Numbered from the stretch's first letter, positions 1-13,022 are shown. The stretch: 64,000 nucleotides of DNA from Eledone cirrhosa (GCA_964016885.1 OZ024743.1:1054001-1118000), one strand, 5' to 3'. Program-made: numbers and translations. Notes: generated by a model from the letters alone, not told the origin.

Positions 1-27
1 ACACCACAGGAGGCCAGAGAACACTCC

Positions 28-1251
28 ATGGCCCCATTAAGAAGTGACTACTTCACACTCGTCCCAAGCTATTGTGGCCAGGGACTTGTGAAGATCAGGG
101 TGACCCACATTCCACCGGCCATCGAAATTCCCTGGCTAATGGCTGCCGTCCTCGCCGGCATCGAGGCCAACACCAAAATAATAGAAATAGCAAAAGAAAA
201 GCAGGAAAACTGGTCCGGATCTGGGATTGAGCTCCTGATCCAAGCGGACCATAAAAGCATTGAGGAGATCCCAGAGGTAATAGACCTCACTGACGGCAGC
301 CACCTCACCGTAATTGTCGAGAGCAGAAGGCCTAGGTGTGTCGTTTGTGGTGAAGGAACCCACCTAAGGGCTTTCTGCCCTCAGGCTAAAAGGTTGAGGC
401 CACCTCTCTTACCCACCCCAGTGACTCAACCATCAACACCACCAGCAGCAGAAATGGCAGCAACAACTGTAGCAGCAAAACAGAAGCAACTGTAACAGCA
501 TCAACCCCAGCAACAGTAGCAAAACCAACACCACCACCACCCAACGCGCCAGAACTAGCACCAGCGCCTACACCATCCACCACGCCACAACCAAAACCAA
601 CGCCTGTGGAGGATTTTCCACTCCCCGGCCTATCACAACTGGAGACAGATTGTGACGACGAGGAGTGGGAAACGGTATCAGGAAAAAAAAAAAGAAACCA
701 AAAAAGAAAAAAATTCTCTTCCTTCCCCCTCCAAAAACAAAATACAGAGGGAAACAAATAAATTAACAAGCAAAAAAGTTAGGACAGATATGCCACCATC
801 CATACCAGCATCACCAACCCCATCACCACAAACACCAACACCATCACCATCATTAACCCCAACACCACCATCACCAACACCACAAAAGTCACCAAAAAGC
901 GTAACAGAAACAAACCCACAACGAACGCAAACAAAACAAAACAACCAAAACGATACACACTACACAGCATTAAATTTGAACAACAGCCAATTATTACACT
1001 ACATGCAACACAGCACCAGCATCACAGAAAAAGTCAACACAGCAACCCAAAAGTTCACACCACCTCCACACATACAAATCACTCGCATCACACAAAAAAC
1101 GTACACGACACTAAAACAAAAATTCTCCAAAGACATCGGAGATTTCCGACAAACACTCTCCAGGAGGATTGATAAGGACATCCTTCCGGAGGAGGCCACA
1201 AGCAGTGAAAAGGATGGACAAACCATCCTTCCTCTACGAGAAGTAAGGTAA
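28..1251 (+). pseudogene. Tx1 ORF1 (zinc knuckle plus Pro/Thr-rich region), frameshifted
   Basis: ORFs 28-495 and 652-1251; homologous to ORF1 at 44482-46590 (VESRRPRC vs VEGRRPSC, KxKFSKDIG vs KEKFPNDVG). Confidence 0.8.
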
Positions 1252-1285
1252 GTGGTCTTTCCCATCTTTTCCACTCCATTTCAAT

Positions 1286-4200
1286 ATGACCTCTCTCAGA
1301 ATAGGCAGCATGAATTCGCGTGGCTTGGGGTCGTCATGGAAGCAGGGCCACCTGCTCAACGACCTCAGGTCACTAAACCTAGATGTAGTGGCCATCAGCG
1401 AGACCAGAATCTCCGAAGCACGGGCCTTCGAACCGATCTTCGGCGGCTACGTTGTGTACGCATCTCCCAGGCCTCCGGGATCGGGAGGGGGAGTTGCTGT
1501 GCTTTTTCGGAGAGGTTTGGATCTCGCCATACGGGCCATCTTCCTGGACCCAGAAGGTAAGTTGGTGGTGCTAGACGTGACCAGCGGAGACGGGAAAGCT
1601 TTCAGGCTAGTGGCCGTCTATGCCCCGACAGCAGCAGGGCGGCCTGATTTCTTCCGGCGTCTGGAGGCCTTTCTTGGAACGTCCCGCTCTTTAGTGTTAG
1701 TGGGCACTGGAACAGGATCATAGATGCAGGCTGTGACTGTGTGGGATTAGCGGATAGGGGAGGAGGGTGCATGAGCCTCACCAACCTGCTCAGGCGTTTT
1801 GAACTGTCTGACAGGTACCGATTGGATTTCCCGAATGTGCCAATGTGGACTTGGACAAATCGCATAGGGTCATCCAGATCATATCTAGATAGAGTAGTTT
1901 GTAGAGAAATAGATAGGTCTAGCATAGACTGTCCACAATTCAAGATAGTCAGCTACACGGACCATGCTTGACTTAGATAGGCTTCATAGACGAGGACACG
2001 GCTACTGGAAGCTAAATGCGTCCTTACCAGCGCGCAAGGCCTACAGAGACCGGATTAGCGAACTAGTTAAGCGGGCGTTGACGGGGGCCATCGTCAACAA
2101 CAAGTGGTGGTTTGCTCTGAAAAGAGCAATTAGAATAGAGTCCATTAGGTTTAGTAAGGCTTTAGCAATAGAGAAAATTGGAGCAGAGGCAGAATTAGTT
2201 AGAAAATTAGACGAGGCGCTTAGCAAAGGCATCGCGACCGACGTACTTGCGGCAAAAATTGGCCCTTGACCAATTCTTCGATGCAAAGCACGAAGGATGC
2301 GTTGTCAGAGCTAGGGTGCGTACTCTAAGACACGAGGGGTCGAAAGCCATTCAATGGGCCCGAGTGGCGGAGGCGCGTCGTGGCAACAAAGCCACGATCC
2401 GGTCTTTGGTGGACCACGACGGGCACATGCTACTCGATCTCGGGCAAATGTGTGAAGCTTTTCAGCGACACTTCGCTCAGTTGTTCGGGGGCAGCGGCGG
2501 GTCGGATCGAGGGATGGACTTTATTTTCTCGGACTGCCGCGGCTCTCGGCCACTGAGGTGGAGTGTTGCGAAAAGCCGATAACAGCCGCTGAAGTACGGG
2601 AGGCAATGACTAGCTGCACAAGGGGTAAATCGCCTGGTTTGGATGGTCTACCCTATGAACTTTACGTACAGATGCCAGACTTGTTCGGAGGCCTTCTTGG
2701 CGGACGTCTACTGCAACTGGCAACAGAACGGGAGGTTTCTCAGCTCTGTGAGCCGAGGAGCTGTGGCGCTGCTGAGAAAGGATCCGAACAAGGGGGATAA
2801 CATAGATAATTTTAGGCCCATAACCCTGCTAAACACAGAGTTCAAGATTTTCGCCAAGGTGCTAGCAAAGAGGTTGGCGCTTGTCGTTGGTGGTCTGGTG
2901 GGAGAGGCGCAGACATGCGCCATTCCCGACAGATCCATCCACGACAACCTCCACCTTATGCGATACATCGTAGAGAGGGTAGCTAGGGAACCTGGCACGG
3001 GTGGGTCCTTGATCAATTTAGATCAGTCGAAAACTTTCGATGGGGTCGACCATCGTTACCTAGCGGCAGTCCTGAGGGCGGCTGGCTTTGGGCCCGTCTT
3101 CAGAGGCTGGATCGCTGCCATTCACAGCGACATCTGCTCTGTGGTGAGAGTGAACGGTCACCTTTCGGAACCGTTCAACATCATGCGCTCGGTCCGCCAA
3201 GGATGTCCCCTCTCGTCCCTCTTGTACGTATTAACTCTCGAGCCATTACTGCACAAACTGGAGATGTTGAGGGAGTCCCGCGCGAACTAGGATGCGAAAG
3301 ATCCGTGTAAGCATATGCGGACGATGTCACTGTAGTGGTGTCGAACGTTAAACACATCGAGGTGATCGGCACTACACTAAGAGAATACGTAGCTGTGACA
3401 GGAGCAATGATCAACCAGGAAAAGTCGGTGGGCCTGCAGCTCGGCACCTGGAGAGGCAGGTCCATGCCGTCCAACAGCGTCATCGGGCGCTGGACGGACG
3501 GACCAGTTAAAATGTTCGGGGTCTGGTTCGGTCCGGATCTCCAGACGGACAAAAACGGGGAAGAGGTGACGAGCAGGGTGGCTTCTCTCACCCAGAAATG
3601 GGCCGAGAGGAAGCTATCCCTGAAAGGTCGAGCGGAGGTGGCTAACGCGTATATCGCGTCCGTCAACTACTACCGCCTGACCGCCGTACCTTGTCCTAAG
3701 CCCCGCTTGACTGCACTGGAGCGTTTGCTCTTTCGCTTTTTGTGGAAGGGACGCGCTCCGATGGTCAGGCGGTCCATCTGCTGTCAACATCCGCTACGTG
3801 GAGGGCTGGGATTGCCGTGGCTGATGATGCGCAGACACGCGCTCAGGCTACGACATCTCCACCTCTTCCTCGACGGTGATCAGGTGTGGTCTCCGTTTGC
3901 TAGACGCGTCTTTCCCCAGCTCGTCTCTTTGACGGAGCTGCAGTCCTGGGTCAAGCGAAGACCGAGAGGGAGCGCTTGGAGAATGGAATGTCTTCAGGCG
4001 CTCACAGCGCTCGACCAATCGGGCAATGTGATCGGTGGAAACTCCACCTTGGCATTCTATAGAGGATAAGTGGAGGGGAAGAGCGACGACGTACTTGGGG
4101 AAACTCTAGGCGTCGACGAAAATCAACTAGCCAATCTCTTCGGAAGAACTTTCGGACTGGTGCCTATGGACAACTTCCAGAAATCCCTGGCAGTGCTACC

Positions 4201-4676
4201 GAGGAGCTTTGCCAGTTAGGGATAAACTCTACAGGCATGGAGGTGTCGTCAGCCGGGCATGTCCGAGATGCACGCAGGGCGACGAAACCGTCCTGCACGC
4301 ACTCGTCCAGTGTCCGAGCATTGCTGACTTGTGGGTTTATGTCGAACACCTGCTGTCGCGTGTAGGACGGATCTGGCTATCCGCTGAGTCCATCGAGGGG
4401 ATTTCCCCGCCCTCTTCCTTTAGCCAGGAAGGGCAGGCAGTTTTTATCTGTCTGGTGGCCATGGCAAAAGAGATAGTATGGTGGACACGTTTGAAAGGGC
4501 TGAAGACGAGCACTTACTTCTTCGGTGATGCCCTGATTAACTTTTTCAAATTTCATTTGAAAAGGAAAATCAGGGTAGAAAGGGAAGTGCTCTCTTCCCA
4601 GCATTTTGTTGAAAGATGGGTGAGAGAGGCAAGAATGGCCCGAGTGAATGGGCCTACTCTGAGTATGTGTCTGTAA
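1286..4676 (+). pseudogene. Tx1 ORF2 (APE-RT-CCHC) with frameshifts and stops
   Basis: DVVAISET, VAVYAP, SYLDRV, TDH (APE); KSPGLDGLP, FRPITLLN, RQGCPLS, YADD at ~3313 (RT); CPRC..ETVLHALVQC. Confidence 0.92.
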
Positions 4677-4944
4677 ATTAAAGGTGGAAAACTGGGATAG
4701 GGCACTTGCCCTGGTGGTCAGGGTCACTGTGGCTTTTTAATGGGCTTTCTCCACGAATGTCCCTCGGAAGTCTCCCCCCTATTGGGGAATTTTTTCATTG
4801 TTCTATTATTACATCCTCTGTTTCTTGTTTTTTACACGCAGAAATGCCCATTTGTACCGCCCTGTATTGTCCTGTACTGTCCTTAATGTCTACTTTATGT
4901 AGACCCTTGTAGTTAATAAATAAAGCATTATTATTATTATTATT

Positions 4945-5189
4945 CTTTGAGTCTCAGTCATTGATGTTAGTTAACTGGAAAGTTTGTTGAAATGAATATC
5001 AAGCCACTACCTGCAGCCTCAGATATTCAGGACGTATCGTAGGGTTCTTGCTGTTCCCAGCAAGCATGTCTTTTGAAGCGTTCCAAAAAGCGTGAAGGGG
5101 CCAATTTTCTTTAACCATCACTGGAAACTTTTTGAGATAGTACCTAGTGCGCCTGACAATCGGGACCACTTTGACTTCATGGCAGTTCC
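4945..5189 (-). mobile_element. 3' fragment of an R4/Dong-clade (restriction-like endonuclease) non-LTR element ending in (AAT)n
   Basis: Minus-strand translation with one frameshift: VKVVPIV/GALGTISKSFQ*WLKKIG..LQKTCLLGTARTLRYVLNI*, the typical RLE C-terminus; short 3' UTR runs into (AAT)n. Confidence 0.75.
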
Positions 5190-5273
5190 AAATGCCCATT
5201 TGTACCGCCCTGTATTGTCCTGTACTGTCCTTAATGTCTACTTTGTGTAGACCCTTGTGGTTAATAAAGAAAG

Positions 5274-5360
<87 letters not shown>
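5190..5360 (+). repeat. Direct duplicate of the Tx1 3' UTR (4842-4944) followed by long (ATT)n
   Basis: aaatgcccatttgtaccgccctg...taaagcattatt repeated 348 bp downstream with about 3 mismatches. Confidence 0.9.
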
Positions 5361-5364
<4 letters not shown>

Positions 5365-5369
5365 GAATA

Positions 5370-5895
5370 TATATGTATTGGAATTTCGTATTTCTAAAGA
5401 AATACGGTATGTTTATAAATAAACATTTAGAAAGCCGTAGCTATGCAGACACCGGCGACTATCACCACTAGGCTGTGTCCAGCAGAAGCAGGGGGGACAA
5501 TCGCCTATGCATTTGGAACTGAACTGGTTTTCATCAGGATGATCCCTCCCGATCTTGCAACTGCTGGACTTGAAAAAAGGCAAGAATATATTGTTTTCTC
5601 GTCTGTGTAAATGATGTGATTAATCTCATTTGCATATGAAGGTGTATAAGTTGACTCAACTTATAATAAAATAGAATTAGAATTTAGCTTCGAGCATAGC
5701 TGTATAGGTATGTATTGGAATTTCGTATTTCTAAAGAAATACGGTATGTTTATAAACAAACATTTAGAAAGCCGTAGTTATGCAAACATCGGCGGCTATC
5801 GACGCCTGTTCACTTTGAAATGCATCGACGATTGTCCCCCTTGCTTCTGTTGGACACCACCGGTGATTGCATAGCCACGGCTTTCTAAATGTTTC
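5370..5895. repeat. Direct plus inverted repeat unit with a degenerate hammerhead (5500-5543, minus); probable Penelope-like terminal repeat
   Basis: 5370-5465 repeated at 5707-5800; 5805-5895 is the reverse complement of 5420-5525; another fragment at 9476-9540. Confidence 0.6.
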
Positions 5896-6288
5896 AGAAC
5901 TCCAGGGGTGAGGGGCGTTTAGAGATGGAAGGGGGTTAAGGGGGCGCTGGAAGGCCATATTTGTATGTCTTTGAGACAGCCAGTGTGAATACATTTGACA
6001 GCATAACTATAGTCTGACCGCAGTTGTGAGCAGGTGTGTCCGGTAATTGAGACATTAACCGGTAATTGAGATCCTAAAAATAGAAAATCCCACAGTCAAC
6101 TGGGTCAAGGACACTTTGAGCGCAGCCAGTTAGAATCTTATCTTTCCTTCACCGATAACAATGTATTTCATGTCTGAAATTATTGACTCAACCGTAACGA
6201 GTTAACAATATGTAGATCTATTTCATTCCCTATTGTATAAATAATATTACAAATAAAAAAAAGAAAAGAAAAAACAGAAGCGGGTGGC

Positions 6289-6434
6289 ACACACATCTAG
6301 GACCACATACAACACATAAGCAGGTAATACACACATCTAGGACCACATGGAACACATAAGGAGGTAGCGCACACATCTAGGATCACATGCAATACATTTT
6401 CAGGTAATACATACATCTAAGGCCACATACAACA
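6289..6434 (+). repeat. 40-bp minisatellite, ~3.6 copies
   Basis: acacatctaggaccacatacaacacataagcaggtaatac unit. Confidence 0.85.
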
Positions 6435-6435
6435 G

Positions 6436-7470
6436 ATTGTATCATGTGCTACGGAACGCAAGAGCAATGGTCGGCCAACATTAGGGCTTCGTCACTTTTC
6501 TGAAGAGAGAAAATCTATCTGTATTTGCTGTTCATTGTGTCATTCATCGACAACACTTGGCTGCGAAGAAACTCATCAAGCCGCTGAGCAAGTCCTTGCA
6601 GGTGGCCATTGATGTCATCAATTTTATCAAACGGCATTCCCTCAATGAACGAATTTTCCGGCAACTGTGCCAAGACAATGACGAAGAATTCGTCAAGCTG
6701 CTCCTTCATAATGAAGTAAGGTGGCTTTCAAAGGGCAAGTGCTTTACTCACTTCTTTGAACTCTTCGACTCTATCATTGAGTTTCTGCGAGGACGCAACA
6801 CAGAACTGTACAAGAAAACCCTCGATGTGAGGCAAGACTGCGCCTACCTCACCAACATATTCGACAAATGCAATAGCGTCATTTTGGCTTTGCAGGGGAA
6901 GAAGATCACCTTGCTTAAAGCAAGGAATGCTGTGAAAACATTCCTGGCCAAATTGATTGTCATCGAAAGGAATCTTTGTTGACGGGAATTCTATAATTTT
7001 TCTAGTGTCGCCAATGTTCAAAACATTGTAAGCGATGACCAAATTTATACCACTCACCTCCGTGCGCTACACGACAACATGAGAGAACGGTTTGTCGACC
7101 TTTTGCCGATGGACATCCAAATGTGGATAGCAGATCCTTTCATAACTAACGTCGACGATTTGGACGTTAAATTTCAGGAAGAATTCATTGAACTTCAAGC
7201 AGATGACATGATCAAAATTAGATTTCCCAAAATAGGTGAACCCCTTTTTGGAATGCAAAATGAAATTCAGCCTTGATTTCCACACCTACACGCAGAGGCT
7301 AAGAGATTTGCTCTGTCTTTTCCAAGCTAATACTTAGTCGAGAGGAGGTTTGGTGCTGTTTCCAGACTGCACAGTAAGGCTCGCAACCGCTACAATGTAA
7401 TTACACGTGGAGGTCTCTGGCTACATCTTAGGAAAATTGAGCCTCACGCCAAAAAGCTCAAGGGTCCCAT
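6436..7470 (+). pseudogene. hAT (Buster/ZBED5-8-like) transposase relic; possible right TIR at ~8122-8137
   Basis: HCVIHRQHLAAK, LLLHNEVRWLSKG, C-terminal FPS*YLVERRF dimerisation motif; stops and frameshifts. Confidence 0.85.
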
Positions 7471-8137
7471 TGAAACGAGTCAAAGTTAAAGTAAGTTGAT
7501 TTATCCGAAAACTTGGACATGCTATTGTTACAAAGCAAACTAACAATTTTTTTTTTTGTAGTTGCAGTCTGACTGGACTGGAAACCATCTACTACAATTC
7601 ACTTACTCATTTGTTGTATATATTTTACCATTTATTAATAAATATACCCTCCAGCGTGGTCATGAAAACCCTCTTCCGTGGTCTCTAAGCTCACAAAGCA
7701 GAGGGGACATCAAGTTAGATATCAACATTTATTCTGTCCGTTTCATTAAGGGGAAAATTGGAAAGCTTTGAAATGATATAATTGCCACTTTCTTCCAGAT
7801 AAGAGCACTCATGGGATAGACAGTGTTGCTCTTGTATAAATGTTCAAAATAGCTGGTATCGCCTGGTGGGAATATAACAAATTCAACTGGTCCTTATTCA
7901 TAAAAAAGAACATTTCTGTTCCTTTTTTTGAAATTTATATATTTCCTTTCAAGGAATGTATTTATACTCTCAGCTTCCTGCAATGGTATCTTTGGAATAT
8001 TGTTAATCAATTTTTTAGTAATCTACTGATATCAAAATCAGTAGTATATTGAAAAATGGAAAAATTAGGGTAGCGGGAGTTTCGTGATTTCAAAGTAAAA
8101 AAGAGGGCGTTTGGCCTAAATGGGTTGAAAACCTGTG

Positions 8138-8434
8138 TTCTAGGAGAAGGCAACTCAGGTAACTGGGATAACTCCGATATAAAACCTGAGGTTCAGTAGT
8201 TACCGATGATGTTGATCTTTTCTTCTTTTCGGGTTATAGCTGCTGTCGCTCAGAGAGTGGGATTCGCTCAGTGCACAGTCATTCCTCACTTCAAAAAATA
8301 TCTTCGCGCACAGGCATTGAACGATATAATTAATTAATAATTATTAATAATGGTATATCATGCAATGGCCATACTCGCTAATGAGGGGGTAGCTATCATG
8401 TATGTATGTATATATATGTATGTATATATGTATG

Positions 8435-8470
<36 letters not shown>

Positions 8471-8495
8471 TGTATGTATGTATGTATGTATGTAT
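8138..8495 (+). mobile_element. Non-autonomous bipartite RTE derivative with (TATG)n tail
   Basis: Matches RTE 5' UTR 40395-40600 joined to RTE 3' end 44200-44340. Confidence 0.8.
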
Positions 8496-8925
8496 GGAAA
8501 ACTCTGATATAACATCCGGGAGAGATGACCCCTTAGCCTTTGTCAAGGCAGAATTCTAGGAGAAGGAAAACTCTGATATAACACCTGCAACCCTGATGGT
8601 ATCCAATGATGTTGACTTGTTCTTCTTTTTGGTAAATATCATCTTGGTTAAGAGAGTGGGACTGGCTTTGTGCAGTGCCTTTGCTCACTATAAAAGCTTC
8701 ACAGCACAGGCATTGCTTTATATCTGGAGATCTCTCTGCACTTGTCATCACATGGTACCATGGGCTCAGCACTATGTGTCAATAATTGTACCAGAGTTTT
8801 CAAGTTGCTGGCTGGACTAAAAAGTCACACTTGTTCAGCGCATCGGTAGGGGTTCTCCTACATGGATATAAAGTAGTGGCCGTACTCGAAAACGAGTTGG
8901 CAGCCACCATGTATGTATGTAGTGT
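8496..8925 (+). mobile_element. Second, more diverged bipartite RTE derivative
   Basis: ctaggagaaggaaaactctga 5' motif; 3' end gtggccgtactcg..gcagccaccatgtatgtatg. Confidence 0.65.
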
Positions 8926-8984
8926 ATGTATATATATATATGTATGTATGCACTTGTATATGTATGAGTATGTCTATATAAATG

Positions 8985-9325
8985 AAGGGTTGCATCAGAT
9001 GACTCTGATAACCCAGCTCTTGAGTAAAAAATTACTCTTAAGATAAAATAAGTTGCATCTGGTACTGTTGTTGATGTTGCTGCTATTGATAATGATGCTG
9101 CTGCAGGTTCTACTAAAGGTATCGGCGCAGCAAGTGATAGTGCTGAATCCTATAGTAACGATAATGGTGGTGTTGATGCTGATAGTCGTGTTGTAGTGAT
9201 GGTTATTATGAAGATCATGACGATGATAGTGATTCTGACACTTGAAATCTACCTCATCTGAAGTGGAAGCTGTCTCTGCATTTGTTGCACAGATAAAAGG
9301 CACAGTTGATGACTTGCAGAAACAT
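8985..9325 (-). repeat. Unclassified interspersed repeat with a (CAT/CAC)-rich core; opposite-orientation copy at 12420-12965
   Basis: 9235-9300 is the reverse complement of 12440-12500; 9040-9070 matches 12885-12915. Confidence 0.6.
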
Positions 9326-9353
9326 TACACACACACACGCGCACACACGCACG

Positions 9354-9479
<126 letters not shown>

Positions 9480-9667
9480 GAATTTAGTTTCGAGCATAGC
9501 TGTATACAGATATGTATTAGGATTTCGTATTTCTTTGAGAACCTTTGTCCTAGAAGAATGCCCTGGCATACATACAGGGATACTTATATCTTCTTATACA
9601 CAGATGAATACATGAATATGCACGTATCTACATACACACCGACATGACTTTGTTTCGACATGCGTGC

Positions 9668-9780
<113 letters not shown>

Positions 9781-9844
9781 TATATATATATATGAATATT
9801 TCTACCAAACATATACTACACAATACATATATATATGTATATTG

Positions 9845-9960
9845 AAGTGCGTGGCGTAGTGGTTAAGGAGTGCTGGATTCCATGATGAGATCGTGTCCGT
9901 GAGCAAGACACTTTATTTCACTCAGCTGTAGAAAAGATTTGCGACGTGATTTGTGCCAAG
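9845..9960 (+). mobile_element. Degenerate tRNA-derived SINE (second family); opposite-strand copy at ~15335-15492
   Basis: A-box-like tggcgtagtggtt head; gagcaagacactttatttcac..cactcagctgtag body shared by both copies. Confidence 0.6.
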
Positions 9961-10149
9961 TTCTATCTTTTTTTTCTATTCTTCTATTTTTCTCTTGCAT
10001 GACATCGCCCCATGGTAATTCGTGACCGAAGGGAGTCTACAATCCGTCTTTGCAAGTATACAGCTCACAAAGTTGAGAAACTAGGTCATACAAAACAAAT
10101 TATACTTTCTTTAAGTAGTGTGTTAGCAGATACATTCATGGTTATAAAA

Positions 10150-10340
10150 TGTGTTTTTGGTGTGATTGGTTTCAACTACGCGAAGCTTTTGAAGTCCCAT
10201 TAACGTTGATTCATCAGTTCAGACGAGCAGCTTTCCATTATTCGCTGGGTGTTCGGCTCACACGAGCTCTCTCAACTTACCGATCTATAAGGTCAAGATG
10301 AAACGCTATCTAACAGCAATTTGGCTCATGACCCCATCAA
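10150..10340 (-). pseudogene. Highly degenerate Tc1-like transposase fragment
   Basis: Minus strand WKAA/V*TDEST resembles Tc1 W..VLWTDES; upstream GVMSQIAVR resembles GLKSRVA. Confidence 0.4.
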
Positions 10341-11575
10341 TTTATTTATGAACCATTATTGTGGAGGATACACATTCGGATAAATGACGTGATTACCGAC
10401 GACATATGCGAGCCGGAATTCCACCATGATTTCACAACAGTAGTGCAATATATTTGTCTCGCATCTTACATCTGGTTTATCATTCGTGGTCGAAATGTTC
10501 AAGGTTGCAAAGTACAGGGTCATGATAATTTACGATGATGTCAGGAAGGAAAAGTTCATAAATGAAAAGTTCATCATCATAAACTAAAGACGCAAGTGTT
10601 CAGCTGAAATACAAGTAACACCGGCAGAAACAAACTGAATTTGAGGCTAATCCGCTTGAATCCGTTCATAGGGAAGAGGGACTGATACCCCGGATCACAT
10701 GTGGCCTGGGTAAAACCCGCAAAGCTGAGTATTACATGGTATGAAGTTTGGATGCCGTTACTGCTCTAATCGGTATTCAACATCAATCAACCTGTGTATG
10801 AAGAGGCTATTCGACATTTACTACGTATTTATGCTTTCATGTTTGTATGATTATATATTGCATTAAAACAAATTCCGTTTTTTTTTTATAAATATTATAA
10901 TTGGTGTATTACATTTTGTATTCCATTGCCATTTGCTTATCTATGTTTTGGGGTTTTTTTTACGGAAGAAGTGAATAAATTCTTAAAGCATATGGTAGGA
11001 CATAAATACGAAAAAAACTTCTAATACGGCAGAAAACTAAGAAAACTTAGAAAACTAAGAAAATTTGGCCTTAATTTCAAGTTTGCAGTTGAAATTTTAT
11101 TTACAGTGAGGTCAAAGTAAATTTAGCATATTTACTTTGAAGTAGTAAATATAAAGGGTTGTATAATTTAGATTATATTGAGGTTGTTGAAATTTTGCTT
11201 AGTTGCTTTGAAGTAGTAAATTAAGGATACATTCCTGTTGCTGATATTCGGCCGATAGTTGACCTACCTAGAGGAAATTTAGCATATTTGTTTCGAGGTA
11301 ATAGATTTAAAGGGCTTCTTTCTGCTGATTTTGAACGATATTTGGCCATAATGCCATGAGGAAAGTTAGTGATATGACTACGAGTGATATTTCATTTTTT
11401 GTTGTTCTTTTTTGGGATTAGCCGAAAGGATAGACACGCTTTTAGGAGACGGGAGATAATTTGATAGGTCTTAATTTTGATGAATAATCTTTCAAGTCTC
11501 TGTTTGCATAATTGATCATATTTGTACTTGTATGGTTGTGCATATACGATTTAATCTTAGTCATGTTTTACATTC

Positions 11576-11640
<65 letters not shown>

Positions 11641-12322
11641 TGCTTGTATGAATGTATATATGTATGTAAATATAGACATTGAAGTTTATGCTTTTTGTGT
11701 CACCTTTGATATTATATGTTGTGATACACATCTTAGCTTCATTTCACTTTTTTCTTTAATGGCTTGAGTATTATTTGTTTTTTTATGTAATGCTGTACGG
11801 ACTGGACTTAACGGCATTACGTCATCTAGGTGGATAGGTAATGTCATATTAGAATTTTTTTTTCGTATTCATGTCCTAACATAGGTTTTAAGAATTTATT
11901 CATTTACTTCCGTAGAAGAAAACATTCATTTGGCTACTTATCCTACTGTAACATATAATTTGAGTGGAAAACATGTTGTATACTACATACGACGGGTGAA
12001 GTTGGAGCACTGCCTATTTCATAACGGGGTCAAAGATGCTGCAGATAACAATATCTTGTTTTCTTTTGCTTTATTGTATAGAAACTACGTAATATTGCAG
12101 CTGCAGCTTGATAAAGTCTGTCTTTCCCATTTGATGGCGGTCGCTGTCCTGTTCGGCTTGCTGAGATTGGGAAGGTGGACTGATAGCGTTCAGTTTGTCG
12201 AATTTGGAGGGTGGGTGGCTGATTCGTTTAACAGGAAGTATGAGTACGGTTTAGGGATCAGTTTAGGATGTTTGCTCAGTTTGTTGTGAACTAATTGGAG
12301 CAATAACGGTTTTATCTATGCG

Positions 12323-12377
<55 letters not shown>

Positions 12378-12543
12378 TAGCGTGTGTGTGGGTCCATACA
12401 TATATAAATACTACCCCACTGCAATTCATCAAACATGTTTTTTATCTGTGCAGCAAATGCACAGACAGCTTCCACTTCAGATAAGATAGATTTCAAGTGT
12501 CGGAGTAATTATCAGGTTGTTGATTATCAGCAACATATACACT

Positions 12544-12590
<47 letters not shown>

Positions 12591-13022
12591 TATCGGCGGC
12601 CGTCCCTTTCCCTTAGTCTCTATCGTTATAACCATCTTCCTGATTATACCCATCAATATAATCATGCTCTTTGTCTTCTTTTTCCCCTACTCCTCGGCAA
12701 CCATCATGATCATCAACATTTTTAACATCACAACAACGCTAGCCTACATTACTCTGGCCTGCAGCACAACCACAACTACCACCTCCATCATCCACGTTAT
12801 TGAAGTATTCAGCACCACAACTGTCTGCCCCACCACCACTCCAATACCATCAACATTATCAACGACAGCAGCAACTACATCAAAAATAACAGATGTAGTA
12901 TATTTTATCTTGAATAGTTTATTTTATTAAAAAGCCGCGTTATCAGCGTGATTCAATGCTGCCCTTCATTTATATGTACATAGGCACATGCATATACAAA
13001 TGCATACATACATACGTAAATG

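Larger units (their letters stand above)
1..4944 (+). mobile_element. Tx1/L1-clade non-LTR retrotransposon, 5' end outside window, decayed
   Basis: ORF1 with CCHC knuckle (CVVCGEGTHLRAFC), ORF2 with APE endonuclease, RT and C-terminal CxxC-x8-H-x4-C; 3' UTR ends AATAAA then (ATT)n. Confidence 0.93.

Noticed and set aside
6289-6434. Regularly spaced repeats resembling a CRISPR array
   Set aside because: Whole 40-bp units repeat with no unique spacers; eukaryotic context, no cas genes
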